NCBI GenBank assembly: GCA_977017575.1
Contig: CDRNVI010000050.1
Span: forward strand, 1-64,000
Direction of reading: 5' to 3'
Source of the DNA: Paramoeba atlantica
Taxonomy: Eukaryota > Protista > Discosea
Length of the DNA: 64,000 nucleotides
The stretch's first letter is position 1. Every line of letters begins with the position of its first letter. Shown piece by piece: positions 10,661-24,100 of this stretch. A program made the translations under genes and the position numbers. The notes under the pieces are model-generated. The model was not told the DNA's origin. It did not search any database and was given only the letters and a program-made list of their open reading frames with translations.

Positions 10661-10857
10661 CAGCTGGGCCTTTTTTTTCCTTTTTCTCCCTATTTTCGGG
10701 GTTCATGAAAACTTTGGGACTAAAAATCTATAAAGAAAGTATTTTAAAGTTTTTGTGACGCCCCCTTTATACTTTGCCCATTTTAAGCGTTCGTAAGTAA
10801 CCCTGTCTCTTTTTCCGTGCGCAGGACATTTTCCCAATCTAATAACAGATAGACATA

Positions 10858-13536
10858 CACCCCCGTTCAGAAAAAATGTTACAAAAGTTTTGAGAGCATG
10901 GAAGGAGCTTTTTAGCTAGTTTTTTTTCGTAGTTACTCGGATACGTTAGGATAACAACGGAAAAATAGTCAGAATTCATCATTTTGCAGTACTTGACCAG
11001 AGTATTTTTTATGTCAAAATTTTATCTGAAAATTATCTACTTTCAGTGATTTGTTCTTATTTTTCAATGTCACAAACGGACTCAAGTCTCTCTGCAGAGA
11101 GTCTTTCCGCGTCTTCCGCAACGGATACCGACTGGGAACCTTCGGAAGCTTCTGAAACGGAGTATGATTCCTCTTGCTCGACTTCGGGGGATTCTGAAGA
11201 ATGCGAATCTGCCTACCACGAAAGTGGTTCAGATATCGCTTTCGTTGTAGGTGAAGGTATCGGTTCGGAAAGTTGCGATTCCGAAGATATGACTCTCCCC
11301 TTTCTTTTTCAAAAATCGCAACAGACGCACCATTCAACGAAATGCATAGCGGACCATACTTTTCAAGCAGATCTATTGGAAATCACTCAGAGTATATCAC
11401 ATCACTTAGCATCCACTTTAGCATCCCCCGCCTTAGAACCCCCAGAACCACAGATTCAGCAAAGTGGAGAAGTTCAGAAGACGTCTCCCGAGGTTTGTCT
11501 CGCACTCAGAGACTGCAACGAACCCCCGGACGTACATGTGATGGAGCGAATTGAGATTACCGGTGATTCGTTGGAACCCCCTTCCGAAAATGAGGCTCCT
11601 AACTCAACCACACCTTTAGCCACTCTTAAAAAAACAATTAGTTCGCTAAATCGAACTGTGCAGGCACAGAGAAATGCGATAAAACGTTTAAAGAAGAGCC
11701 TGCGGATTCACAGGAGGGTAATAAATGCATCTGAGGAACGAGAAGCTCGTTCAAAAGAGTACGTCCGCGTTTCTGTACTCGAATCTGACGAATGCAAAAT
11801 AAGGTGCCAGACGCTTAGGCACGAAGTTCTTGAATATTCCCATAGACTTGATACCCTAAAAAACTCTTATTTTACACTTTTTGAAGAGCAGCAGCGAATT
11901 CTTCGAAGCATGCGTGATTTAAGAAAACAAATGGTCGAGGGGTCTACTGGTGAGGTAGACAAGATCACTCCTGCGAAGAAGCCTCGAGGGCGACCAGCTA
12001 AACTTGCAACTCGGCGTAGACGCGGGCTTCCGGTGATTTTATCTCAGAAAGGCAGCTTGAAGACACCACATACCGTGGCCCTACGAGTTTTGTACTTAAC
12101 GGGATACTTCACTCCGGCGGATTCACATTAAATCGAATGACATGCAGTCGAATTATTTAAGTATAAGTACAAAAGAAAGAAAAACACTCTGAATCTGACC
12201 CCTGCAAAGAAGGAAGCCCGGGTGCTGTTTTGTCAGGCTTTGTTGAAAGAGCAACAACTCACAGGAGGACTCTTTTTAAAGAAACTCCTTATAACTGATG
12301 AAACGTATGTACATGCCGGGGACGGTACTCGAAAAGCTTGGCAAAGTGATGAAGATGTTGTTTATCGATCGCGGGTACATCATCCCACTAAAGTCATGCT
12401 CTGGGGTGGCATAGACATTCAAGGTAATATCCTTTGGCATTGGTGTAACAACTTTACAGAGTTTTACGCACACGAGGCCACACGCTCTTTGTATCCCGGT
12501 GAAAGTCGTGAGATCCCCCCTCCTGGTCGCAAATTAGGAAATTATTACTACCGAAAGGAAATCTTGATGAAACAGTGGATTCCTTACCATGCATCTCACC
12601 TTAACATGATTTTTCAGGATGACGGAGCACCGCCACATACGGCGAAGAAGACAATGATGTGGTGGGGGACGAGGGATGAAATAGGTACTCAAAGTTTGCG
12701 CACCTACAAAAGTTCCGATGGAGCTATTCTCCCGAAATGGCCGGCGGATTCTCCTGACCTTTCTCCTATTTGAAAATTTTTGGTCTTTTTTAATACAGGA
12801 GAAGAATAAAAAGTGTCCGAATACGCAATCCGAGATTATCCAGGTATCTGAAGAATTTTTGAGGAGTCCAAAAGCTCGTGAGCTGGCTCAAACAGTAGTT
12901 GACTCCTTTGAAAGAAGGCTGCAAGAGTGTGTAGCAAATGGTGGAAATCGGGTGAATTATTAACTTTTTAACATTAGCACAGTGTATGGGCATTATGTGG
13001 GAGGGGAAAAGGATACAATCCCTTTTGGTATTTTCTTCGTGAGATAAATAGATAGATTATAGTATCTACTTTTGTATGATAGTAAGATCCGTATTTAAGA
13101 AAGATTTATTTATTTTTATAATCAAATTTTTAAATTTCACTGATGCCGGACACACTCAGCATGGGAAAGAATGGTCGGGAGCTCCTTGTGGCCTTCTCTG
13201 GAACAGTCATCTTTCAGGTGGTACTGGCGCTGACCGTCTCATCTTAATAGATTGTAGAAGTTGTAGAAATATGCTCCTCTTCTGACTCATCCTTTCCGTC
13301 TTCTCCAACAAAAGTTTCCGTCAAAATTGACTTTTTAGGTCGACAGAAGGTTCCACAAGTTCAGTCAAAATAAACTTTTTAGGTCGACACAAGATTCCAC
13401 AATGCGATATTTCAGTTGCTTGCAATATTTTTCCTCGGGAGCCCCTGCCGAGATCTCTTCAAAACAGACATTATTTCCCCTTTAGCGCACCTCATACGTC
13501 CAGGAAAACAGTAACAATATGGCATGAACGGGGGTG
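10858..13536 (+). mobile_element. Tc1/IS630-mariner-like DNA transposon, copy 2 (2679 bp)
   Basis: TA at 10856-57 and 13537-38, same TIRs as copy 1. It has a 13-nt deletion in the HTH region, but the DDE core 12222-12773 is uninterrupted. Confidence 0.9.
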
Positions 13537-14839
13537 TATGGATGTTTTAACATGCACTCGGTATTGCTGAATGGCTTCTTGATCCTCATGATCTTCTTAG
13601 TAAAATTTACAGGAGTGCGTCCCACGGGACTTCCGCTTGAGAACTCGGGGATCGCTTTGATTCAGTTCTTCAATAGAGTCCCTGTAATATTGGGGGCGAT
13701 CCACCCACCAGCGCACACACGATGCTTTCAGTGCGCGTACTACTTTCTTCCACTTCCTCCTTCAATTTCTTGTTCCGGTCCCAGTGAACTTTGCCATCTT
13801 GGACATTGCTGTCACGCAACTCTAGCCACATGGTCTTGAACCAATGGGCCAAAACTTCGCGATCCTGATTCGTGTCCTTATAAAATCCTCCATATTTTTA
13901 CTTCAGGAAGTTTTTCATGTGACTAGCGATGACGTCGGTTGAAGCATCAGTGAAGCTCAGCGACCATGTCTGAGTCGATTGCGTCCACCGCCCATGCCCG
14001 GGCACCTCTTCCACCTTTACTCCACGTCCTTGAAAAAGAGAAAACCCGTGTCCCGGGACTTTGTCAAGAGCACAAGACCGTGCAGCAACATGTTCTCATC
14101 CACGGGGACGTTGCACAAGGATTTGAGAACGTTGCTTTCCGGATCAGAGAGTTGGCGCAGTCGCAAGCTCATCTACCCAGCGCACAAAGCAACGATGTTG
14201 TCTTACATTCGCTGGATTAGTACCGGTGGAGGCCGTCGCTCAGGGGAGTACTTGGTTGCGTTCTTTTCGGCGTTACTCATGTGTACGTAAAAACTCCACT
14301 GAAGTTTCCGACCTTAATGGCATGCGGAACGCTTCTTGAATAGAGCAAGCCACCCACTTTCTCAAAGTCAAGTACCTCTCGGAATCAGAAGAATCGGGAT
14401 CGTCATCCACGTATTCATCGTTGCTCGGAGTAAGGTCGTAGTCGAACATACACCTTAAGAAAACAGAAAATACAGCCAACAAAGAAATTAATGTCAGAGA
14501 GGTCAATTGTTATACAGGTATTTAGTTTAAAAGGCAGAACACTTAGTACAGTGCAATGAAAATTATTTTTTGGGTTGGGTATCTTCGTTGAGTACTCAAA
14601 AAACGAATTACCGGAATTTCATACATGTAACGCAACAGGGCCCTGTAATGTACAGGTCCTGTACATTAGTTGTACTCCCGTTTACGGGGGTGGGTACGAA
14701 AATATAGGGCGCACAAAATTTGTATAACGTGGCCAACTTTGAAATATTTTTTCTCCCTCACACTCTCACACTCTTTTGCGTAAAATTTGTTTCCTTTTTT
14801 CGTTTGCATACAACCTAAATCGTATATTATGACTGTGTT

Positions 14840-16690
14840 ATGAGCCTTACTCCTTGTCTTGCTCATTGTGTCACACACCATCACATCACTCTCTCTGATA
14901 AAGCAGAAGATTCAGTTGCTGCGGAAAATGCGGACGATCCATTTATCTGGTCAGAACCTCGATCCGTCTCAATCGCACCAGTGCTTTACCTTGTGCAAGG
15001 TGTTCTCCAACGACTTCATACTTCCAGTTTCTTCGAACGCAAAATCACCACCGAGAAAGATTCTGCCCACTCGGCGAAAAGTAAAATTTCGAATATGGAT
15101 TCCACGAAACACCGAAAATCAGGAAGCCTTGATATCTATAAAGATTACCTCGCGTCATGTTACGCATTTGTAAGTCAAGTAATGGACCTCGTTGAGAAAT
15201 ATCACAACCTGTGCTTGCGCGAAACCACCTACCTGAGAAAATCGTGTCGCGCTCCGCAACTCTCCGTCACTTCGGACAACCACGAGGCATGTCTGCCTGA
15301 AGCGGAGGCTGAAGGCGGTACGGTTCACCTCCTTGCCCTTTACCCCTCCCCGATTCACCCCATCACGCTACAAGTTGTAGACATTAAACAAATCAAAATA
15401 AAAACAGAACCCGAGTTGCGGTATCGTCTCACCCTGTGGGACGGCTGCTGCGGCTGTGATGCACTTCTGTGCGCCTCGTTAAGCACGAAATTCATCACCG
15501 CCTGTGAGGTGATTGCCATGGGCACTGTTCTCACCATCACCCACGCGGTGCTGCTCTACCGTGAGCTCAGCTCTCCAGAGCACACCGCGTGGGGGAAGCA
15601 ATTCAAAAGGGTCGAAAACGAACCCGATATCGAAACCAACAAAAGAATAGAAAACGACCTCGAGTCACAAAAAAAAGAGTTTTCTAAAAGTGAGTATCAC
15701 CCCGTACTTTTGATACTCGCCCTCGACGAGCGCAGCCTTTTCGAGTCCCACAACCACTGGGTGATCTCCTCGAGGATGACACCCGGGGTAGCGACCCCTG
15801 CCCCTTGTTGGGCTCTTTTGGGAGGAGCAAATCCCAGAAATGAAACACCAGAATTCGTACCTTTTACCTGTGCGAATTGGTTTCGACAAAACGCCTCCAT
15901 TCACTCTCTTTTGTTTGCACAACAAAAAGGAGAAGAAGAAGAAGAAGACGCTGAGTCTTCGACTTCGACTTCTTTAATCAATATAGTTCTCACGGATGCT
16001 CATGGCAACCATTGGGAGGTTGACCCCTCCTCGGGACGGTTTGTTCTTGAGAATAAAAAGAATAAATTCTTTCCCGAAAAACGGTTTTGGAGTCCTATGG
16101 GGGAAAAGAATAAAAAGGCTTCCCACAACAAACGACTCGCCCACTCCCGGGGGGAAAAATACCGAAATAAATTATTTATACAAAATGAATTTACACAAAA
16201 CGAAAATGAAAAAGAACAAAACGTGGACGAGCTCACGGCGCTGTACAAACTCTCCCAGATCCCCTCGGGAACTGTGGTGAGTGTGGAGGCCGTCGTCGCG
16301 TGTGTCTCCGTTGTCGGGGAGCTCATACGTACTCGGGATGGACGGGAGGTACTGCTCTCTCGGGTGTGGCTGGTCCCACCCGTAGACAGCGAGAAGGGGG
16401 GTATTGGAAAGAACAATGAAAACAGCACCTCCTCCCCTCTCCCTCATGATGGGAATAGGACAGAGGAGGTGGAGTTTCAAAACGTGTCTGTTTTGGATGT
16501 ACGGGTTCCGTTAACGATATGGGGTCCCTTGCATTCTCGCCCTGAGGTGTCTCGGCTCTTAAAGGGTGAGATACCCGATAATTACGGTTCTATCGTGTGG
16601 CAAAACCTTACGGTGACTTCATTTCATGGCGCTTTGGGGTTAAGCACAAGGCACGACACGATGCTGTATACATGTATGTTGGAAGAATGA
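14840..16690 (+). CDS. OB-fold ssDNA-binding protein, duplicate
   Basis: 616 aa; differs from 6583-8433 by I>V and T>K. Confidence 0.65.
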   Translation: MSLTPCLAHCVTHHHITLSDKAEDSVAAENADDPFIWSEPRSVSIAPVLYLVQGVLQRLHTSSFFERKITTEKDSAHSAKSKISNMDSTKHRKSGSLDIYKDYLASCYAFVSQVMDLVEKYHNLCLRETTYLRKSCRAPQLSVTSDNHEACLPEAEAEGGTVHLLALYPSPIHPITLQVVDIKQIKIKTEPELRYRLTLWDGCCGCDALLCASLSTKFITACEVIAMGTVLTITHAVLLYRELSSPEHTAWGKQFKRVENEPDIETNKRIENDLESQKKEFSKSEYHPVLLILALDERSLFESHNHWVISSRMTPGVATPAPCWALLGGANPRNETPEFVPFTCANWFRQNASIHSLLFAQQKGEEEEEDAESSTSTSLINIVLTDAHGNHWEVDPSSGRFVLENKKNKFFPEKRFWSPMGEKNKKASHNKRLAHSRGEKYRNKLFIQNEFTQNENEKEQNVDELTALYKLSQIPSGTVVSVEAVVACVSVVGELIRTRDGREVLLSRVWLVPPVDSEKGGIGKNNENSTSSPLPHDGNRTEEVEFQNVSVLDVRVPLTIWGPLHSRPEVSRLLKGEIPDNYGSIVWQNLTVTSFHGALGLSTRHDTMLYTCMLEE

Positions 16691-17730
16691 AATGGACTAA
16701 AAGGGCTTGAATAAGAGAACACTTTTTTCTTCGAAAGTTTTGCTTTTTTTCGGGCAGAGATATTTTCGACAGTCCCCGCGGAGGATTACGAGCATTGTTT
16801 CTGCACGACAACAAGGGGCCAGCTTTGTGGCCAGCTTGATAATTCCGTCCTTCCAAAGTCATCGATGAATTGCAGTAAAAGTCACAATTCTGAGAATGGT
16901 CAGTTGCACATTGCCGCGTAAAAAAGCACTTTTGCAAATTTTCGTCACAATTCTCAGAATTGACCTGTTGCACGTTGGCAGCACTTTTTTGGTAGAAATT
17001 GAATGGATTCTCATTTTTACTGATTTGCTTTTTTCTAAAAGAAAAATGGTAGCCACAAAAAAGGGAGGTACATGGAAGAATATAAATAAAAACCCTCTGC
17101 AGCAGCACGTCCTCATTGACGTCGACAACTTTGTTAATGAACCTAGCGAAGCCCAAGAAGAACTCTATGGAAAGAGAGTGAATATGAGACAGTGAAATTC
17201 ATTTTTTCCCGAATTTTATTTTCATGATTTTTTTAGTGATTTCATCAATTTATTAATCCCATGTTGTTATATGCTTTAGCTATAAGTCTCATTAAATTAC
17301 GATCTTCGAATTATCATCTCTGTGTCTGAATATTCCCTAGAAAATCGTAGGCCGATAAGCAAGTACATCATTCGAAGCCCCCCTTTGCCAAGAACCGTGG
17401 CCGTTGCAAGTCGTATAAATTCTTTTCCTGTCTCAGCAACGGTACGCCTTTCCACTGAAGGCAAACGAGGCAACGCTAGGATATGGGGGGAGTAATATAT
17501 TAGGTAGAAAGAGGAAGTGCAGAAGCTGTATGAAACTTTTTTGGCCTTTCTCATTTTTGATTCTCAAATGGAATTGCACGTTAACATGGTCATTCAGAGA
17601 CGCATTCTCATTTTTTAATAACATTCTCATTTTTCCTAGTTGCACGTTGACAGCCCAATTCTCATTTTTAGTGATTCTCAGAATTGTGACTTTTACTATG
17701 TAGGTATGAGTACAGGCTTAAGGTTTCTTA

Positions 17731-18030
17731 AGCCGTGTTCCAGGATAGTATACCCATGCCCACTTAGAATACCTACGCCCCCCTCAACACAACAGAAGCG
17801 AGAGACGTCACATTTTTAGAAGCGACAGAGTAACTTTTCTAGCAAGCCCCAGCTAAGAAATCTTATTTGAAGACCAAGGCACCTTTTTTCTAGCAACTAC
17901 AGAGAAGGAAAGTTCCGCGAAGTGGCGCGAAACATTTTAATTTTTTGCTTTTTAAAGAAAATTTAGTATACCGTACCCACTTAGTATACCTACTAGGTAT
18001 AAATCCTGGAAATAATCCTGGAACATGTTT
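17731..18030. mobile_element. MITE of the aaccatgttccagg family (near-complete)
   Basis: agccgtgttccaggatagtatacc ... cctggaacatgttt; homologous to 37046-37331. Confidence 0.75.
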
Positions 18031-18247
18031 TGTAACTAGAATCGCACTAGTCTAAGAAAGGTAGCTCTTCATTATCGATAAGATCGCCAGTAGAAGAAAT
18101 CATAGATGTCACAGCAATCTCATAACGTCAGTACATCGTACATTGTAATCTGTTCGTACTTTTTAAGAAGGTCTCATGGTACACTAAGTTAAATCTTCTT
18201 TCTTGAACACAGTTCTATTTCTCCTTTTTATTGTATTTCCACCTCTA

Positions 18248-18751
18248 ATGTTTGCTCGTGTATTTCCAAAGCTCGCCAAGAACATCGCAAAGCTTCGTCT
18301 TAAAGTTATCAAGAAACCGTGGGCTGGGAAGTCGGCCCCGACAAGTGCGCTGCGTGTATTTATAGCAAAGTTTTGCAAAGGTAAAAAGGGATACCCAATT
18401 CTCGCCGGAGCACATGCCGCTTTTAAAAAATTATCTCCTGCTCAAGTCCAGTCCTTCAGTAAGACTGCTGCCGAGAATATGAAGCGAAAAAAGGCGCTTA
18501 AAGCTCGGGTGAATTGTGCGCGAATTACTCCATACTCTTTGTTTGTAAAAATGTTCATGACAGCGATATATAAAGCGGAGAAGGGAAACCACAAGAATCC
18601 GAGGGCTTGTTTCCGAGCTGTGCAAAAGAAAATATCTGCCAAATATAAGCTGCTTACAGCCAAACAATATCAGGAGCTTTCAGATGAGGTAAAACGCCGC
18701 CGCCAGAAGGGCAGGGCATTCATTGAAGAATTGATGAAGGAAAGGCATTAA
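18248..18751 (+). CDS. Kinetoplast-associated protein (KAP)-like basic protein with tandem HMG-box-like repeats
   Basis: Very basic, with a presequence-like MFARVFPKL start (the ORF-track start 18203 is upstream). Two HMG-like units: SALRVFI..AFKKLSPAQ and TPYSLFVK..KYKLLTAKQYQEL. Confidence 0.6.
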   Translation: MFARVFPKLAKNIAKLRLKVIKKPWAGKSAPTSALRVFIAKFCKGKKGYPILAGAHAAFKKLSPAQVQSFSKTAAENMKRKKALKARVNCARITPYSLFVKMFMTAIYKAEKGNHKNPRACFRAVQKKISAKYKLLTAKQYQELSDEVKRRRQKGRAFIEELMKERH

Positions 18752-19343
18752 TTCAAGGAATATGTGAGACATTTACTCGGACGCGCAAGACTAAGAAAGA
18801 AAAAAATATTTCTCGGGTGGTATGTTTGTACGATACAGTAGACTGCGTATGGTTCTGATACAAAGTTGTTTGCTTCATTTCGTGAAACAAACATTTCCTG
18901 AATACCAACCAATCATCCGTTAAACAATTTATTTTTTCTACTGCGAGGTGTGCGTTCTTAGTCGTGCATTCTTCATTTTTAAAATGATTCAACGTTGCGC
19001 ATCTGTGAATGACGACTGGACTATACCTGTATGACGGCTGGTTTATGTAGAGAGAATGTTTATGTAGAGAGAAGGATATACCATTGGCATTCCTTTTTTA
19101 TACACATGTATTTGTATGTCATGTTACGTACATGTATGTATTTTGCTAACTCTTTTTGATAGATCTATTTTTAAGTTTTTGAGAATTAATCTTTATTCAT
19201 TCTTAAGAAACAATCTTAGAGAAATTTAAAAAATACTAAAAATACTAAAAAATTAACATTGATTTTTTAGGTGATCAAGGATTATTGAATGCGATTGTAC
19301 ATTTTATTTGACAATTAAATTTCTTTAGAAGTTATTTACTTGT

Positions 19344-20276
19344 ATGATGTCTTTTCCGTTCGTTTTCCTCGAAGATACGTATCAAACTTCCACACGCCTT
19401 GGAAAATCCAGAGCCTCCCTACCCCAAGAGTACGAACTTGTCGCATTTATCCAAGAGATCGAGAATCCCCATGTCTCGTGGAGTGTACACATTCCTGCGT
19501 GTTCCTGGATGAACGTGAAATGTTCCGATAGTGGATACGTCACCGATTTAGATTGGGATTCCCGGAATGCCTACGCCATGCGGGGCGTCCTACATTGGAA
19601 AAATCTCCCTCTTACTCTTTCTCGGCTATACTTGATGGGACACCAGCTCTCTGGAAATCTCCATTTGGAGCATTTACCACATAAACTCCTTTCTTTAAAA
19701 GCCTGCATCAATCAATTTACAGGAAATCTATCTATGGATACACTCCCAGAACTATTAATCGAATTGTCCGTGTCCGATAACCAGTTGGAGGGGAGCTTGG
19801 ATCTCACCCACTTACCCACAATCCTTCATATTTTACGGCTCAATTCGAATCGTTTTACCGGGAATTTGGTTCTCATCGATCTGCCCTCCTCCCTTTCGCA
19901 TTTGCGCGTCTCTTGTAATCAGCTGGAGGGTTCAATTGCGTTAGATCGGCTCCCGAATTCCCTACAAACACTGTATGCGAATTCCAACCTGTTATCCGGG
20001 GCCCTCAATCTCGTTCATTTGCCTTTATTTTTGTTGCAGCTCAATTTTTCACTGAATCTGTTTGACGGAGTGGTCCATCTCGACGATTTGCCGGCGAAAT
20101 TAAATAAACTTGATCTCTCGCAGAATCCCCAATTGAAAGGCTCGTATGATCCATCAAGGATGCCCAAAGGGCTACGTCGCAAAAACTTGTTTTCTTCTTC
20201 ATATGAAATGAAAAGGACATTTCTTATTGACTCCACTGGAATTCAGAAACGGTTATGCCTTCGATACGCTACGTAG
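19344..20276 (+). CDS. LRR protein with ~8-9 repeats (310 aa)
   Basis: RLGKSRASLPQEYEL cap, IPACSWMNVKC, and regular LxxLPxxLxxLxLxxNxLxG repeats. Confidence 0.85.
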   Translation: MMSFPFVFLEDTYQTSTRLGKSRASLPQEYELVAFIQEIENPHVSWSVHIPACSWMNVKCSDSGYVTDLDWDSRNAYAMRGVLHWKNLPLTLSRLYLMGHQLSGNLHLEHLPHKLLSLKACINQFTGNLSMDTLPELLIELSVSDNQLEGSLDLTHLPTILHILRLNSNRFTGNLVLIDLPSSLSHLRVSCNQLEGSIALDRLPNSLQTLYANSNLLSGALNLVHLPLFLLQLNFSLNLFDGVVHLDDLPAKLNKLDLSQNPQLKGSYDPSRMPKGLRRKNLFSSSYEMKRTFLIDSTGIQKRLCLRYAT

Positions 20277-20542
20277 ACGCACGCCACCTCTTCCGCATTT
20301 CCCACTTCGACTTCATTTGAAGAATACGTGAGCGCGAATCAAAGTCACACAATGAGAGCCCCCCCCCCCTCTGTAGCTTCAAATACCCAACATTTTTCTC
20401 GTTTTCGTTTCTATTTTATTTTTCTTTCTCTTTTCCTATTTCGACAATCTCTTTCACATTTAAACAAGATTTTATCAAAAAAAACGAAATCAAAACAAAA
20501 CATTTTTCTTCCTATCTTCTCCACTTCTACCCCCATAAAATC

Positions 20543-20914
20543 ATGGACACGCTGGCGACCAAGAAACCCGCAGCCCCCTCCCACCCCGTTCGTCGGGAGA
20601 ACGAGCACAAAATTCGCGTCACGCTCACCGCCAAGGACCCCGCGGCGCTGGAGAAAACCTGCGGGGAGCTCGTCAACGGGGCCCGCGAGCGCGACATCCG
20701 GGTCCGGGGCCCCGTGCGCATGCCCACCCGCACGCTGCGCATCACGACCCGGAAGAGCCCCTGTGGGGAGGGCACGAATACCTGGGATCACTTCCAGATG
20801 CGCGTCCACAAGCGGGTGATTGACCTGCGCTGCGTGCAGGAGATGGTGAAGCACATCACCGCGATTAACATCCCACGGGGGGTGGATGTGGAGGTGTTTG
20901 TGGCGGATGCGTAG
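20543..20914 (+). CDS. RPS20: 40S ribosomal protein S20 (uS10)
   Basis: [48 protein letters not shown]. Confidence 0.97.
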   Translation: MDTLATKKPAAPSHPVRRENEHKIRVTLTAKDPAALEKTCGELVNGARERDIRVRGPVRMPTRTLRITTRKSPCGEGTNTWDHFQMRVHKRVIDLRCVQEMVKHITAINIPRGVDVEVFVADA

Positions 20915-21169
20915 GGAAAACAAACAAAGGGGAAAGAAAAGGGTGTAGGAAAAAGGAGAAAAGAGGTAAAAGAGTGAAGAGAAAGGGATAGGGCGGATGG
21001 AGTAAGGTAAATTTTGTAATCTAATGTCGAAAGAAATAATCGAATTGTTTTCACAACATTCATTTTTTTTCTTTTCTTTGTATTCCCTATTCTTTTTTTA
21101 CATGATCTCGTCCACAATCTTTTTGAATCCTCAAAATTTCCTTTTTGTTTTCTTATTTCTAACTTTCCC

Positions 21170-24100
21170 ATGACGCCGCTTACCTCACTCTCTTGCCACT
21201 TGCCTTGTCCTATTTTTCGCGTCCTCACATCTCTTCCTTTATCCTCAAATACCTTCACCTCTTCTCTCCCCACTCCACCTGCCCCCTTTTTGGTTTCCTG
21301 TCGGCTCTACTCCTCACGCTCCCTCTCACCCTTTTCTCTCACCCCTGCTTTGCTCGAAGCACAAAAATCTTCTCCTCAAGAAAACTCATCTCAAAAATCA
21401 TTTTTATCTTTTTCTACCCCAAACTCGGCTTTTTCACTCCAAAATAAAGAAAACAAGGAAAAGAAGAATATTAATAATAATGAAAAGAAAAAAGAAAGCG
21501 ATAACCCTCAAAACAATGATGATTATCCTACAAAGGACAATCCTACAACGCACAACCCCAAAAACAATAACTCCCCTTTCCGCTCTTTTCGTCAAATCCG
21601 CGACGACGCGGCGGCTCAAAACGTATTGAATCAAATTCAATCCATCCTGTCCCATCCCTCCCGCCTGCAACGGGAAAAGGATACCCTCAAAAAATATAAA
21701 AAATATCTTATTCTCGATCTCGAGACTACCATCCATACCCACCAACGGCGAATCGCAAGCCCGTTTTGTGAGGCCAATCGGGTGGTCCTCCCGGGGACTC
21801 TCGATTACCGGGGATCGCTATCCATTCCCCCTCGGAAACTCGAGACCAAAAGTGAGATGCGTCTCCCGTGTCTCGACCCCTATGAGGTCATCGTGGGTCA
21901 CAACGTGAAATTTGACCTGCTCTGGGTCTGGAGTGACCCCGAGTGGAAAGCGTTTCTTCAAAAAGGGGGAAGAATCTGGGACACGCTCTATGGGGAGTAT
22001 TTGTTATCGGGACAACGTGTCCGGGTGGGGTCGAATCTTGCGGGATTGGATCAGGTCGCGCAGCGGTACGGGGGAAGTGCTAAAATCGATGAAATAAAGA
22101 AAATGTGGCAGAAAGGGGTGGATACCTCGGATATTCACTATGAGCTGTTGTCGAAATATTTGGTGGGAGATTTGAAAAATACTGAAAAGGTGTTTAAACG
22201 ACAAATTGAGAAAGCCGCGCAGTGCTCGCAGCTGGTTGTGATGCACGCACGGATGGAGGGCGTGTTAGCGACCGCGGAGATGGAGTATAATGGGCTGTTT
22301 GTGGATCTCCATGAGGGGTGGGTACAATTTGAGAATTTACGAAAAGAGATTATGAAATTGCGTAGCTCGTTGGAGGCACACATTCCGAAACAAGTTCCCG
22401 CAGTGCTACGACAACATTTTAATTGGCTCAGCGTGCGGGTGGTCTCGGCTCTCTTTTTTGGGGGCGTTGTGCGTATCGCGAGTAGTCAACAACAGCTGCG
22501 CACGTCGCGAGATGTACGCGCGGCAGTGGAGCTCGCAGTTTTCTCAAAATTTCTCTGGCCCTCGGGGTTTCGAAGAGCCTACGCGGAGCCCTATTTGAAG
22601 GCACAAGGGTACAGCACCAAAGGCACTTTTGAGGAAATCCACGAAAAGGTGTGCCAATTCGTACAGCGGAATGGGAAATTTGACTTCGGGTTGGTGCTCG
22701 CCGACGAAGACGGATTTTTTAACCCCGTGCTTCGGGTGTATATGCGCTACAGCGCTTTTTCGAATGTCGCCCATTGCCAAAGCTTTCTTCGTTCGGGATA
22801 TGACGCACAAAGCGTTCGTCGTTTGGTCATTCTCTCAGCGACCTATCTGGAACCTCACATACGCAATGCACTGGAAATGTTACAACTCAGTGCAGTTTGG
22901 GATACCCCAAAAGGAGATGGAACCCCATCCACCGAGAACAGAAAACAAAACGCACGTACCCCGCTGAGGAATCAAAACCGTAGTACCAACATGCAGGACG
23001 ATCTCTCGGATACCACGCTAGACGACGACGCTCTGTTCGAACCACAAGAAAAGGAAGACCTGGACGAAACCAACGAGGACATGGCAACCTATGACCCTGT
23101 GGTCCAACAACGTCCCCCGATTTTGGCTTTCTTATTCGCCCATGCGGAGAGTTTACTGCGCGAGATCCGTTGGTTACGCCGCAGCAGTGTCCGAGACGCC
23201 TCCCGTCTCTGGGCTGTCCTCTCCCACCTTTGTGGGAATAGAAACGAGGAGGAAAAGGCCGCTGGCTCGTCTTTGTCGACAAACCAACCGGAAGAGCGTG
23301 AGCCAGAAAAGGGATCCCATGAAGGGGGTGAAAACCCGGTCCACTTGCCGGATAACCCAATTGTTCGCTCTTTTTTCCCACCCTCCACCGAGGAGGTTGT
23401 TTATGTCTCGGTGCTAAAAGCGTTAGGTCGCACGATTGGGAGTACACGCGATGCTTTCGCCGTACCCCTTATCGCAAGCGTAAAGACGAAAACGAAACGA
23501 AAACAGAATGAAGAAGAGATAAACCATGTAGCCTTCCAAGCTACAGATCCAAATCCACCGGATGAGACACTTTTACAACACGACGACGAGCCCAATATGG
23601 AAGATTCCATGGAAAGTGCCTGTCAAAATGTCTCCTCTCCAACTGAAATCAAAAAACCGGTTTCCACCGAAACTAGTGTTCTTCTTCATGAGGCGAATAC
23701 AGACGACTTTTCTCTCCAAAACTCCACAGTAGAGAGTCACAAAAGAGCGTCTGAAAACCAAGAATCTTGTCCAAAAGACGGTTTTTCAGAGGTTTCCACA
23801 AACGAGATCTGTTCGTCAGAAAACCAAAAATCCTTACCTTTTTCAAACAAAAAAATTTCTCCCAATCAAAACAACAACAACAACGCATCTCACGAAACCA
23901 ATCTTCCCCTTCATGACGCCCCTACGAATACAAACGACAAAGAGTGTCACAAAAGAGCCTCGGAAAATCAAGAACCTTCTCCAAAAAAAACTTCTCCAAA
24001 AAATCTTTTTTCAAAGGTTTCTCCAAAAACCCTTTTCTCAAAACCAACCTGTTCCTCTGAAAACCAACAACCTTCCCCCCAACACAACAACCACAACCCT

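Larger units (their letters stand above)
9745..18000. repeat. 8.29-kb tandem segmental duplication, copy 2
   Basis: See copy 1. Confidence 0.95.
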
